Of a stretch of DNA of 64,000 nucleotides, positions 10,451 through 24,800 are shown piece by piece. The position numbers and the translations under genes are program-made. The stretch covers positions 35,650,001 through 35,714,000 of the forward strand of contig OZ024740.1 of assembly GCA_964016885.1 (NCBI GenBank), written 5' to 3'. This DNA is from Eledone cirrhosa (lineage: Eukaryota). Below the pieces are notes generated by a model. The model did no database searches, was not told where the DNA came from, and was given only the letters and a program-made list of their open reading frames with translations. Positions within the stretch are counted from its first letter, which is position 1; every line of letters begins with the position of its first letter.

Positions 10451-13400
10451 GGTTTAACAGGCGACAGTGAGATGTAAGGTGAAGTTGGTTAACGGGTGAC
10501 AGTTAGATGTAAGGTGTTGTCGTTTAACAGGCAACAGTTAGATGGAAGGTGTTGTGGTTTAACAGGTGACAGTTAGATGTAAGGTATAGTGGTTTAACAG
10601 GCGACAGTGAGATGTAAGGTGTTGTGGTTCAACAGGCGACAGTTAGATGTAATGTTTTGTGGTTTAACAGGTGACAGTTAGATGTAAGGTGTTGTGGTTT
10701 AACAGACAACAGTAAGATGTAAGGTGTTGTGGTTTAACAGGTGACAGTTAGATGTAAGATGTTGTGGTTTAACAGACGACAGTGAGATGTAAGGTGTTGT
10801 GGTTTAACAGGCGACAGTGAGATGTAAGGCGTTGTGGTTTAACAGGCGACAGTGAGATGTAAGGTGTTGTGGTTTAACAGGCGACAGTGAGATGTAAGGT
10901 GTAGTGGTTTAACAGGTGACAGTTTGATGTATGATGTTGTCGTTAAACAGGCGACAGTTAGATGTAAGGTGTTGTGGTTCAACAGTCGACAGTTAGATGT
11001 AAGGTGTTGTGGTTTCACAGGTGATAGTTAGATGTAAGGTGTTGTGGTTTAAGAGGCGACAGTTAGATGTAAGGTGTTGTGGTTCAACAGGCGACAGTTA
11101 GATGTATGGTGTTGTGGTTGAACAGGTGACAGTTAGATGTAAGGTATTGTGGTTTAACAGGCGACAGTGAGATGTAAGGTGTAGTGGGTTAACGGGTGAC
11201 AGTTAGATGTAAGGTGTTGTCGTTTAACAGGCAACAGTTAGATGGAAGGTGTTGTGGTTTAACAGATGACAGTTAGATGTAAGGTATAGTGGTTTAACAG
11301 GCGACAGTGAGATGTAAGGTTTTGTGGTTTAACAGGTGACAGTTAGATGTAAGGTGTTGTGGTTTAACAGGCGACAGTTAGATGTAAGGTGTTGTGGTTT
11401 AACAGGTGACAGTTAGATGTAAGATGTTATGGTTTAATAGACGACAGTTAGATGTAATGTGTTGTGGATCAACAGACGACAGTTAGATGTATGGTGTTGT
11501 GGTTTAAGAGGCGACAGTTATATGTAAGTGGTTGTGGTTTAACAGGTGACAGTTAGATGTAAGGTGTTGTGGTTTAACAGGTGACAGTTAGATGTAAGGT
11601 GTAGGGGTTTAACAGGCAACAGTTAGATGTAAGGTGTTGTGGTTTAACAGGCGACAGTTAGATGTAATGTGTTCTGGTTTAACAGGTGACAGTTAGATGT
11701 AAGGTGTTGTGGTTTAAAAAACGACAGTTAGATGTAAGGTGTTGTGGTTTAACAGGCGACAGATAGATGTAAGGTGTTGTGGTTTAACAGGTGACAGTTA
11801 GATGTAAGGTGTTGTGTTTCAACAGGCGACAGTTAGATGTAAGTTGTTGTGTTTTAACATGTGACAGTTGTATGTAAGTTTTTGTGGTTTAACAGGCGAC
11901 AGTTAGATGTATGGTGTTGTGGTTTAACAGGCAACAGTTAGATGTAAGATGTAGTGGTTTAACAGACGACAGTTAGATGTAAGGTATTGTGGTTTAACAG
12001 GTGACAGTTAGATGTAAGGTGTTGGGGTTCAACAGGCGACAGTTAGATGGAAGGTGTTGTGGTTTAACAGGTGACAGTTAGATGTAAGGTGTAGTGGTTT
12101 AACAGGCGACAGTGAGATGTAAGGTGTTTTGGTTTAACAGACGACAGTGAGATGTAAGGTGTTGTGGTTTAAAAGGTGACAGTTCGATGTAAGGTGTTGT
12201 GGTTTAACAGGTGACAGTTAGATGCAAGGTGTAGGAGTTTAACAAGCAACAGTTAAATGTAAGGTGTTGTGGTTTAACAGGTGACAGTTAGATGGAAGAT
12301 TTTGTGATTTAACAGGCGACAGTTAGATGTAAGGTGTAGTGGTTTAACAGACGATAGTTAGATGTAAGGTGTAGTGGTTTAACAGACGACAGTTAGATGT
12401 AAGGTGTAGTGGTTTAACAGAAGACAGTTAGATGTAAGGTGTAGTGGTTCAACAGGCGACAGTTAGATGTAAGGTGTCCTGGTTTAACAGACGACAGTTA
12501 GATCTAAGTTTTAGTGGTTTAACAGACGACAGTTAGAAGTAAGCTGTAGTGGTTCAACAGACGACAGTTACATGTAAGGTGTTGTGGTTTAACAGGTGAA
12601 AGTTAGATGTAAAGTGTAGTGGTTTAACAGACGGCAGTTAGATGTAAGGTGTAGTGGTTTAATAGGCGACAGTTAGATGTAAGGTGTAGTGGTTTAACAG
12701 ACGAGAGTTAAATGTAAGGTGTTGTGGTTTAACAGGCGACAGTTAGATGTAAGGTGTTGTGGTTTAACAGACGTCAGTTAGATGTAAGGTGTTGTGGTTC
12801 AACGGACGAGAGTTAAATGTAAGGTGTTGTGGTTTAACAGACGACAGTTAGATGTAATGAGTCGTTTAACAGTCGTTAGTTAGATGTAAGGTGTAGTGGT
12901 TTAACAGGTGACAGTTAGATGTAAGGTGTTGTCGTTTAACAGGCGACAGTTAGATGGAAGGTGTTGTGGTTCAACATGCGACAGTTAGATGTATGGTGTT
13001 GTGGTTTAACAGGCGACAGTGACATGTAAGATGTTGTGGTTTAACAGGCGACAGTGAGATGTAAGGTGTTGTGGTTTAACAGGCGACAGTGAGATGTAAG
13101 GTGTTGTGGTTCAACAGGCGACAGTTAGATGTATGGTGTTGTGGTTTAACAGGCGACAGTGACATGTAAGATGTTGTGGTTTAACAGGCGACAGTGAGAT
13201 GTAAGGTGTAGTGGTTTAACAGGTGACAGTTAGATGTAAGGTATAGTGGTTTAACAGGCGACAGTTAGATGTAAGGTGTTGTGGTTTAAGAGGCGACAGT
13301 GAGATATAAGGTGTTGTGGTTCAACAGGCGACAGTTAGATGTAAGGTGTTGAAGTTTAACAGGTGACAGTTAGATGTAAGGTGTTGTGGTTTAACAGGTG

Positions 13401-16400
13401 ACAGTTAGATGGAAGGTGTTGTGGTTTAACAGGTGACAGTTAGATATAAGGTGTTGTGATTTAACAGACGACAGTGAGATGTAAGGTGTTGTGGTTTAAC
13501 AGGTGACAGTTAGATGTAATGTGTTCTGGTTTAACAGACGACAGTGAGATGTAAGGTGTTGTGGTTTAACAGGCGACAGTGAGATGTAAGGTGTTGTGGT
13601 TTAACAGGCGACAGTGAGATGTAAGGTGTTGTGGTTTAACAGGCGACAGTGAGATGTAAGCTGTAGTGGTTTAACAGGTGACAGTTAGATGTATGATGTT
13701 GTCGTTAAACAGGCGACAGTTAGATGTAAGGTGTTGTGGTTCAACAGGCGACAGTTAGATGTAAGGTGTTGTGGTTTCACAGGTGATAGTTAGATGTAAG
13801 GTGTTGTGGTTTAAGAGGCGACAGTTAGATGTAAGGTGTTGTGGTTCAACAGGCGACAGTTAGATGTATGGTGTTGTGGTTTAACAGGCGACAGTTAGAT
13901 GTAAGGTGTTGTGGTTCAACAGGCGACAGTTAGATGTATGGTGTTGTGGTTTAACAGGTGACAGTTAGATGTAAGGTGTTGTGGTTTAACAGGCGACAGT
14001 GGGATGTAAGTTGTAGTGGGTTAACGGGTGACAGTTAGATGTAAGGTGTTGTCGTTTAACAGGCAACAGTTAGATGGAAGGTGTTGTGGTTTAACAGGTG
14101 ACAGTTAGATGTAAGGTATAGTGGTTTAACAGGCGACAGTGAGATGTAAGGTGTTGTGGTTCAACAGGCGACAGTTAGATGTAAGGTTTTGTGGTTTAAC
14201 AGGTGACAGTTAGATGTAAGGTGTTGTGGTTTAACAGGCGACAGTGAGATGTAAGGTGTTGTGGTTTAACAGGTGACAGTTAGATGTAAGATGTTATGGT
14301 TTAACAGACGACAGTTAGATGTAATGTGTTGTGGTTCAACAGACGACAGTTAGATGTCTGGTGTTGTGGTTTAACAGGCGACAGTTATATGTAAGTGGTT
14401 GTGGTTTAACAGGTGACAGTTAGATGTAAGGTGTTGTGGTTTAACAGGTGACAGTTAGACGTAAGGTGTAGGGGTTTAACAGGCAACAGTTAGATGTAAG
14501 GTGGTGTGGTTTAACAAACAACAGTTAGATGTAAGGTGTTGTGGTTCAACAGGCAACATATAGATGTAAGGTGTTGTGGTTTAACAGGTGACAGTTAGAT
14601 GTTAGGTGTTGTCTTTCAACAGGTGACAGTCAGATGTAAGGTGTTGTGGTTTAACAGGTGACAGTTGTATGTAAGTTGTTGTCGTTTAACACGCGACAGT
14701 GAGATGTAAGGTGTTGTGGTTCAACAGGCGACAGTTAGATGTAAGGTTTTGTGGTTTAACAGGTGACAGTTAGATGTAAGGTGTTGTGGTTTAACAGACG
14801 ACAGTGAGATGTAAGGTGTTGTGGTTTAACAGGTGACACTTAGATGTAAGATGTGGTTTAACAGACGACAGTGAGATGTAAGGTGTTGTGGTTTAACAGG
14901 CGACAGTGAGATGTAAGGTGTTGTGGTTTAACAGGCGACAGTGAGATGTAAGATGTTGTGGTTTAACAGGCGACAGTGAGATGTAAGGTGTAGTGGTTTA
15001 ACAGGTGACAGTTAGATGTATGATGTTGTCGTTAAACAGGCGACAGTTAGATGTAAGGTGTTGTGGTTCAACAGGCGACAGTTAGATGTAAGGTGTTGTG
15101 GTTTCACAGGTGATAGTTAGATGTAAGGTGTTGTGGTTTAAGAGGCGACAGTTAGATGTAAGGTGTTGTGGTTCAACAGGCGACAGTTAGATGTATGGTG
15201 TTGTGGTTTAACAGGTGACAGTTAGATGTAAGGTGTTGTGGTTTAACAGGCGACAGTGGGATGTAAGGTGTAGTGGGTTAACGGGTGACAGTTAGATGTA
15301 AGGTGTTGTTGTTTAACAGGCAACAGTTAGATGGAAGGTGTTGTGGTTTAACAGGTGACAGTTAGATGTAAGGTATAGTGGTTTAACAGGCGACAGTGAG
15401 ATGTAAGGTGTTGTGGTTCAACAGGCGACAGTTAGATGTAAGGTTTTGTGGTTTAGCAGGTGACAGTTAGATGTAAGATGTTATGGTTTAACAGACGACA
15501 GTTAGATGTAATGTGTTGTGGTTCAACAGACGACAGTTAGATGTATGGTGTTGTGGTTTAACAGGCGACAGTTATATGTAAGTGGTTGTGGTTTAACAGG
15601 TGACAGTTAGATGTAAGGTGTTGTGGTTTAACAGGTGACAGTTAGACGTAAGGTGTAGGGGTTTAACAGGCAACAGTTAGATGTAAGGTGGTGTGGTTTA
15701 ACAAACAACAGTTAGATGTAAGGTTTTGTGGTTCAACAGGCAACATATAGATGTAAGGTGTTGTCGTTTAACAGGTGACAGTTAGATGTTAGGTGTTGTC
15801 TTTCAACAGGTGACAGTCAGATGTAAGGTGTTGTGGTTTAACAGGTGACAGTTGTATGTAAGTTGTTGTGGTTTAACAGGCGACAGTGAGATGTAAGGTG
15901 TTGTGGTTTAACAGGCGACAGTGAGATGTAAGGTGTTGTGGTTCAAGAGGCGACAGTTAGATGTATGGTGTTGTGGTTTAACAGGCGACAGTGACATGTA
16001 AGATGTTGTGGTTTAACAGGCGACAGTGAGATGTAAGGTGTAGTGGTTTAACAGGTGACAGTTAGATGTAAGGTATAGTGGTTTAAGAGGCGACAGTTAG
16101 ATGTAAGGTGTTGTGGTTTAAGAGGCGACAGTGAGATGTAAGGTGTTGTGGTTCAACAGGCGACAGTTAGATGTAAGGTGTTGAGGTTTAACAGGTGACA
16201 GTTAGATGTAAGGTGTTGTGGTTTAACAGGCGACAGTGAGATGTAAGGTGTAGTTGGTTAACGGGTGACAGTTAGATGTAACGTGTTGTCGTTTAACAGG
16301 CAACAGTTAGATTGAAGGTGTTGTGGTTTAACAGGTGACAGTTAGATGTAAGGTATAGTGGTTTAACAGGCGACAGTGAGATGTAAGGTGTTGTGGTTCA

Positions 16401-16579
16401 ACAGGCGACAGTTAGATGTAAGGTTTTGTGGTTTAACAGGTGACAGTTAGATGTAAGGTGTTGTGGTTTAACAGACGACAGTGAGATGTAAGGTGTTGTG
16501 GTTTAACAGGTGACAGTTAGATGTAAGATGTTATTGTTTAACAGACGACAGTGAGATGTAAGGTGTTGTGGTTTAACAG

Positions 16580-18800
16580 GCGACAGTGAGATGTAAGGTG
16601 TTGTGGTTTAACAGACGGCAGTTAGATGTAAGGTGTAGTGGTTTAGTAGGCGACAGTTAGATGTAAGGTGTAGTGGTTTAACAGACGAGAGTTAAATGTA
16701 AGGTGTTGTGTTTAACAGGCGACAGTTAGATGTAAGGTGTTGAGGTTTAACAGACGTCAGTTAAATGTAAGGTGTTGTGGTTCAACGGACGAGAGTTAAA
16801 TGTAAGGTGTTGTGGTTTAACAGACGACAGTTAGATGTAATGAGTCGTTTAACAGTCGTTAGTTAGATGTAAGGTGTAGTGGTTTAACAGGTGACAGTTA
16901 GATGTAAGGTGTTGTCGTTTAACAGGCGACAGTGAGATGTAAGGTGTAGTGGCTTAACGCGTGACAGTTAGATGTAAGGTGTTGTCGTTTAACAGGCAAC
17001 AGTTAGATGGAAGGTGTTGTGGTTTAACAGGTGACAGTTAGATGTAAGGTATAGTGGTTTAACAGGCGACAGTGAGATGTAAGGTGTTGTGGTTCAACAG
17101 GCGACAGTTAGATGTAAGGTGTTGTGGTTTAAGAGGCGAGAGTTAGATGTAAGGTGTTGTGGTTCAACAGGCGACAGTTAGATGTATGGTGTTGTGGTTT
17201 AACAGGTGACAGTTAGATGTAAGGTGTTGTGGTTTAACAGGCGACAGTGAGATGTAAGGTGTAGTGGGTTAACGGGTGACAGTTAGATGTAAGGTGTTGT
17301 GGTTCAACAGGCGACAGTTAGATGTAAGGTGTTGAGGTTTAACAGGTGACAGTTAGATGTAAGGTGTTGTGGTTTAACAGGCGACAGTGAGATGTAAGGT
17401 GTAGTTGGTTAACGGGTGACAGTTAGATGTAAGGTGTTGTCGTTTAACAGGCAACAGTTAGATGGAAGGTGTTGTGGTTTAACAGGTGACAGTTAGATGT
17501 AAGGTATAGTGGTTTAACAGGCGACAGTCAGATGTAAGGTGTTGTGGTTCAACAGGCGACAGTTAGATGTAAGGTGTTGTGGTTTAAGAGGCGAGAGTTA
17601 GATGTAAGGTGTTGTGGTTCAACAGGCGACAGTTAGATGTATGGTGTTGTGGTTTAACAGGCGACAGTCAGATGTAAGGTGTTGTGGTTCAACAGGCGAC
17701 AGTTAGATGTAAGGTGTTGTGGTTTAAGAGGCGAGAGTTAGATGTAAGGTGTTGTGGTTCAACAGGCGACAGTTAGATGTATGGTGTTGTGGTTTAACAG
17801 GCGACAGTGAGATGTAAGGTGTTGTGGTTTAACAGACGGCAGTTAGATGTAAGGTGTAGTGGTTTAGTAGGCGACAGTTAGATGTAAGGTGTAGTGGTTT
17901 AACAGACGAGAGTTAAATGTAAGGTGTTGTGTTTAACAGGCGACAGTTAGATGTAAGGTGTTGAGGTTTAACAGACGTCAGTTAAATGTAAGGTGTTGTG
18001 GTTCAACGGACGAGAGTTAAATGTAAGGTGTTGTGGTTTAACAGACGACAGTTAGATGTAATGAGTCGTTTAACAGTCGTTAGTTAGATGTAAGGTGTAG
18101 TGGTTTAACAGGTGACAGTTAGATGTAAGGTGTTGTCGTTTAACAGGCGACAGTGAGATGTAAGGTGTAGTGGCTTAACGCGTGACAGTTAGATGTAAGG
18201 TGTTGTCGTTTAACAGGCAACAGTTAGATGGAAGGTGTTGTGGTTTAACAGGTGACAGTTAGATGTAAGGTATAGTGGTTTAACAGGCGACAGTGAGATG
18301 TAAGGTGTTGTGGTTCAACAGGCGACAGTTAGATGTAAGGTGTTGTGGTTTAAGAGGCGAGAGTTAGATGTAAGGTGTTGTGGTTCAACAGGCGACAGTT
18401 AGATGTATGGTGTTGTGGTTTAACAGGTGACAGTTAGATGTAAGGTGTTGTGGTTCAACAGGCGACAGTTAGATGTAAGGTGTTGAGGTTTAACAGGTGA
18501 CAGTTAGATGTAAGGTGTTGTGGTTTAACAGGCGACAGTGAGATGTAAGGTGTAGTTGGTTAACGGGTGACAGTTAGATGTAAGGTGTTGTCGTTTAACA
18601 GGCAACAGTTAGATGGAAGGTGTTGTGGTTTAACAGGTGACAGTTAGATGTAAGGTATAGTGGTTTAACAGGCGACAGTCAGATGTAAGGTGTTGTGGTT
18701 CAACAGGCGACAGTTAGATGTAAGGTGTTGTGGTTTAAGAGGCGAGAGTTAGATGTAAGGTGTTGTGGTTCAACAGGCGACAGTTAGATGTATGGTGTTG
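16580..18800 (+). repeat. Tandem duplication with 1221-bp offset, containing a nested 140-bp duplication
   Basis: GTTTAGTAGG at 16641 and 17862, ATGAGTCG at 16840 and 18061, GGCTTAACGCGT at 16951 and 18172. GCGACAGTCA occurs at 17521, 17661 and 18672. Confidence 0.9.
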
Positions 18801-21800
18801 TGGTTTAACAGGTGACAGTTAGATGTAAGGTGTTGTGGTTTAACAGGCGACAGTGAGATGTAAGGTGTAGTGGGTTAACGGGTGACAGTTAGATGTAAGG
18901 TGTTGTCGTTTAACAGGCAACAGTTAGATGGAAGGTGTTGTGGTTTAACAGGTGACAGTTAGATGTAAGGTATAGTGGTTTAACAGGCGACAGTGAGATG
19001 TAAGGTTTTGTGGTTTAACAGGTGACAGTTAGATGTAAGGTGTTGTGGTTTAACAGACGACAGTGAGATGTAAGGTGTTGTGTTTTAACAGGTGACAGTT
19101 AGATGTAAGATGTTGTGGTTTAACAGACGACAGTGAGATGTAAGGTGTTGTGGTTTAACAGGCGACAGTGAGATGTAAGGTGTTGTGGTTTAACAGGCGA
19201 CATTGAGATGTAAGGTGTTGTGGTTTAACAGGCGACAGTGAGATGTAAGGTGTAGTGGTTTAACAGGTGACAGTTAGATGTATGATGTTGTCGTTAAACA
19301 GGCGACAGTTAGATGTAAGGTGTTGTGGTTCAACAGGCGACAGTTAGATGTAAGGTTTTGTGGTTTAACAGGTGACAGTTAGATGTAAGGTGTTGTGGTT
19401 TAACAGACGACAGTGAGATGTAAGGTGTTGTGGTTTAACAGGTGACAGTTAGATGTAAGATGTTGTGGTTTAACAGATGACAGTGAGATGTAAGGTGTTG
19501 TGGTTTAACAGGCGACAGTGAGATGTAAGGTGTTGTGGTTTAACAGGCGACAGTGAGATGTAAGGTGTTGTGGTTTAACAGGCGACAGTGAGATGTAAGG
19601 TGTAGTGGTTTAACAGGTGACAGTTAGATGTATGATGTTGTCGTTAAACAGGCGACAGTTAGATGTAAGGTGTTGTGGTTCAACAGGCGACAGTTAGATG
19701 TAAGGTGTTGTGGTTTCACAGGTGATAGTTAGATGTAAGGTGTTGTGGTTTAAGAGGCGAGAGTTAGATGTAAGGTGTTGTGGTTCAACAGGCGACAGTT
19801 AGATGTATGGTGTTGTGGTTTAACAGGTGACAGTTAGATGTAAGGTCTTGTGGTTTAACAGGCGACAGTGAGATGTAAGGTGTAGTGGGTTAACGGGTGA
19901 CAGTTAGATGTAAGGTGTTGTCGTTTAACAGGCAACAGTTAGATGAAAGGTGTTGTGGTTTAACAGGTGACAGTTAGATGTAAGGTATAGTGGTTTAACA
20001 GGCGACAGTGAGATGTAAGGTGTTGTGGTTCAACAGGCGACAGTTAGATGTAAGGTTTTGTGGTTTAACAGGTGACAGTTAGATGTAAGGTGTTGTGGTT
20101 TAACAGGCGACAGTGAGATGTAAGGTGTTGTGGTTTAACAGGTGACAGTTAGATGTAAGATGTTATGGTTTAACAGACGACAGTTAGATGTATTGTGTTG
20201 TGGTTCAACAGACGACAGTTAGATGTATGGTGTTGTGGTTTAACAGGCGACAGTTATATGTAAGTGGTTGTGGTTTAACAGGTGACAGTTAGATGTAAGG
20301 TGTTGTGGTTTAACAGGTGACAGTTAGACGTAAGGTGTAGGGGTTTAACAGGCAACAGTTAGATGTAACGTGGTGTGGTTTAACAAACGACAGTTAGATG
20401 TAAGGTGTTGTGGTTTAAGAGGCGAGAGTTAGATGTAAGGTGTTGTGGTTCAACAGGCGACAGTTAGATGTATGGTGTTGTGGTTTAACAGGTGACAGTT
20501 AGATGTAAGGTCTTGTGGTTTAACAGGTGACAGTTAGATGTTAGGTGTTGTCTTTCAACAGGTGACAGTCAGATGTAAAGTGTTGTGGTTTAACAGGTGA
20601 CAGTTGTATGTAAGTTGTTGTGGTTTAACAGGCGACAGTGAGATGTAAGGTGTTGTGGTTTAAGAGGCGACAGTGAGATGTAAGGTGTTGTGGTTCAACA
20701 GGCGACAGTTAGATATAAGGTGTTGAGGTTTAACAGGTGACAGTTAGATGTAAGGTGTTGTGGTTTAACAGGCGACAGTGAGATGTAAGGTGTAGTTGGT
20801 TAACGGGTGACAGTTAGATGTAAGGTGTTGTCGTTTAACAGGCAACAGTTAGATGGAAGGTGTTGTGGTTTAACAGGTGACAGTTAGATGTAAGGTGTTG
20901 TGGTTTAACAGACGACAGTGAGATGTAAGGTGTTGTGGTTTAACAGGTGACAGTTAGATGTAAGATGTTGTGGTTTAACAGACGACAGTGAGATGTAAGG
21001 TGTTGTGGTTTAACAGGCGACAGTGAGATGTAAGGTGTTGTGGTTTAACAGGCGACAGTGAGATGTAAGGTGTTGTGGTTTAACAGGCGACAGTGAGATG
21101 TAAGGTGTAGTGGTTTAACAGGTGACAGTTAGATGTATGATGTTGTCGTTAAACAGGCGACAGTTAGATGTAAGGTGTTGTGGTTCAACAGGCGACAGTT
21201 AGATGTAAGGTGTTGTGGTTTCACAGGTGATAGTTAGATGTAAGATGTTGTGGTTCAACAGGCGACAGTTAGATGTATGGTGCTGTGGTTTAACAGGTGA
21301 CAGTTAGATGTAAGGTGTTGTGGTTTAACAGGCGACAGTGAGATGTAAGGTGTAGTGGGTTAACGGGTGACAGTTAGATGTAAGGTGTTGTCGTTTAACA
21401 GGCAACAGTTAGATGGAAGGTGTTGTGGTTTAACAGGTGACAGTTAGATGTAAGGTATAGTGGTTTAACAGGCGACAGTGAGATGTAAGGTGTCGTGGTT
21501 CAACAGGCGCAGTTAGATGTAAGGTTTTGTGGTTTAACAGGTGACAGTTAGATGTAAGGTGTTGTGGTTTAACAGGCGACAGTGAGATGTAAGTTGTTGT
21601 GGTTTAACAGGTGACAGTTAGATGTAAGATGTTATGGTTTAACAGACGACAGTTAGATGTATTGTGTTGTGGTTCAACAGACGACAGTTAGATGTATGGT
21701 GTTGTGGTTTAACAGGCGACAGTTATATGTAAGTGGTTGTGGTTTAACATGCGACAGTTAGATGTAAGGTGTTGTGGTTTAACAGGTGACAGTTAGACGT

Positions 21801-24800
21801 AAGGTATAGGGGTTTAACAGGCAACAGTTAGATGTAAGGTGGTGTGGTTTAACAAACAACAGTTAGATGTAAGGTGTTGTGGTTCAACAGGCAACATATA
21901 GATGTAAGGTGTTGTGGTTTAACAGGTGACAGTAAGATGTTAGGTGTTGTCTTTCAACAGGTGACAGTCAGATGTAAGGTGTTGTGGTTTAACTGGTGAC
22001 AGTTGTATGTAAGTTGTTGTGGTTTAACAGGCAACAGTTAGATGTAAGGTGTTGTGGTTTAACAGGCGACAGTTAGATGTAATGTGTTCTGGTTTAACAG
22101 GTGACAGTTAGATGTAAGGTGTTGTGGTTTAACAGGTGACAGTTAGATGTAAGGTGTTGTGTTTCAACAGGCGACAGTTAGATGTAAATTGTTGTGTTTT
22201 AACATGTGACAGTTGTATGTAAGTTGTTGTGGTTTAACAGGCGACAGTTAGATGTATGGTGTTGTGGTTTAACAGGCAACAGTTAGATGTAAGGTGTAGT
22301 GGTTTAACAGACGACAGTTAGATGTAAGGTGTTGTGGTTTAACAGGTGACAGTTAGATGTAAAGTGTTGGGGTTCAACAGGCGACAGTTAGATGGAAGGT
22401 GTTGTGGTTTAACAGGTGACAGTTAGATGTAAGGTGTAGTGGTTTAACAGGCGACGGTGAGATGTAAGGTGTAGTGGTTTAACAGACGACAGTTAGATGT
22501 AAGCTGTAGTGGTTTAACAGACGACAGTTAGATGTAAGGTGTTGTGGTTTAACAGGTGACAGTTAGATGTAAGGTGATGGGGTTCAACAGGCGACAGTTA
22601 GATGTAAGGTGTGGTGGTTCAACAGGCGACAGTTAGATGTAAGGTGTCCTGGTTTAACAGACGACAGTTAGATCTAAGTTTTAGTGGTTCAACAGACGAC
22701 AGTTACATGTAAGGTGTTGTGGTTTAACAGGTGAAAGTTAGATGTATGGTGTAGTGGTTTAACAGACGGCAGTTAGATGTAAGGTGTAGTGGTTTAATAG
22801 GCGACAGTTAGATGTAAGGCGTAGTGGTTTAACAGACGAGAGTTAAATTTAAGGTGTTGTGGTTTAACAGGCGACAGTTAGATGTAAGGTGTTGTGGTTT
22901 AACAGACGTCAGTTAGATGTAAGGTGTTGTGGTTCAACGGACGAGAGTTAAATGTAAGGTGTTGTGGTTTAACAGACGACAGTTAGATGTAATGAGTCGT
23001 TTAACAGTCGTTAGTTAGATGTAAGGTGTAGTGGTTTAAAAGGTGACTGTTAGATGTAAGGTGTTGTCGTTTAACAGGCGACAGTTAGATGGAAGGTGTT
23101 GTGGTTCAACATGCGACAGCTAGATGTATGGTGTTGTGGTTTAACAGGCGACAGTGACATGTAAGATGTTGTGGTTTAACAGGCGACAGTGAGATGTAAG
23201 GTGTTGTGGTTTAACAGGCGACAGTGAGATGTAAGGTGTTGTGGTTCAACAGGCGACAGTTAGATGTATGGTGTTGTGGTTTAACAGGCGACAGTGACAT
23301 GTAAGATGTTGTGGTTTAACAGGCGACAGTGAGATGTAAGGTGTAGTGGTTTAACAGGTGACAGTTAGATGTAAGGTATAGTGGTTTAACAGGCGACAGT
23401 TAGATGTAAGGTATTGTGGTTTAAGAGGCGACAGTTAGATGTAAGGTGTTGTGGTTTAACAGGCGACAGTGAGATGTAAGGTGTTGAGGTTTAACAGGTG
23501 ACAGTTAGATGTAAGGTGTTGTGGTTTAACAGGCGACAGTGAGATGTAAGGTGTAGTTGGTTAACGGGTGACAGTTAGATGTAAGGTGTTTTCGTTTAAC
23601 AGGCAACAGTTAGATGGAAGGTGTTGTGGTTTAACAGGTGACAGTTAGATGTAAGGTATAGTGGTTTAACAGGCGACAGTGAGATGTAAGGTGTTGTGGT
23701 TCAACAGGCGACAGTGAGATGTAAGGTTTTGTGGTTTAACAGGTGACAGTTAGATGTAAGGTGTTGTGGTTTAACAGACGACAGTGAGATGTAAGGTGTT
23801 GTGGTTTAACAGGTGACAGTTAGATGTAAGATGTTGTGGTTTAACAGACGACAGTGAGATGTAAGGTGTTGTGGTTTAACAGGCGACAGTGAGATGTAAG
23901 GTGTTGTGGTTTAACAGGCGACAGTGAGATGTAAGGTGTTGTGTTTTAACAGGCGACAGTGAGATGTAAGGTGTAGTGGTTTAACAGGTGACAGTTAGAT
24001 GTATGATGTTGTCGTTAAACAGGCGACAGTTAGATGTAAGGTGTTGTGGTTCAACAGGCGACAGTTAGATGTAAGGTGTTGTGGTTTCACAGGTGATAGT
24101 TAGATGTAAGATGTTGTGGTTTAAGAGGCGACAGTTAGATGTAAGGTGTTGTGGTTCAACAGGCGACAGTTAGATGTATGGTGTTGTGGTTTAACAAGTG
24201 ACAGTTAGATGTAAGGTGTTGTGGTTTAACAGGCGACAGTGAGATGTCTGGTGTAGTGGGTTAACGGGTGACAGTTAGATGTAAGGTGTTGTCGTTTAAC
24301 AGGCAACAGTTAGATGGAAGGTGTTGTGGTTTAACAGGTGACAGTTAGATGTAAGGTATAGTGGTTTAACAGGCGACAGTGAGATGTAAGGTGTTGTGGT
24401 TCAACAGGCGCAGTTAGATGTAAGGTTTTGTGGTTTAACAGGTGACAGTTAGATGTAAGGTGTTGTGGTTTAACAGGCGACAGTGAGATGTAAGTTGTTG
24501 TGGTTTAACAGGTGACAGTTAGATGTAAGATGTTATGGTTTAACAGACGACAGTTAGATGTATTGTGTTGTGGTTCAACAGACGACAGTTAGATGTATGG
24601 TGTTGTGGTTTAACAGGCGACAGTTATATGTAAGTGGTTGTGGTTTAACAGGTGACAGTTAGATGTAAGGTGTTGTGGTTTAACAGGTGACAGTTAGACG
24701 TAAGGTATAGGGGTTTAACAGCAACAGTTAGATGTAAGGTGGTGTGGTTTAACAAACGACAGTTAGATGTAAGGTGATGTGGTTCAACAGGCAACATATA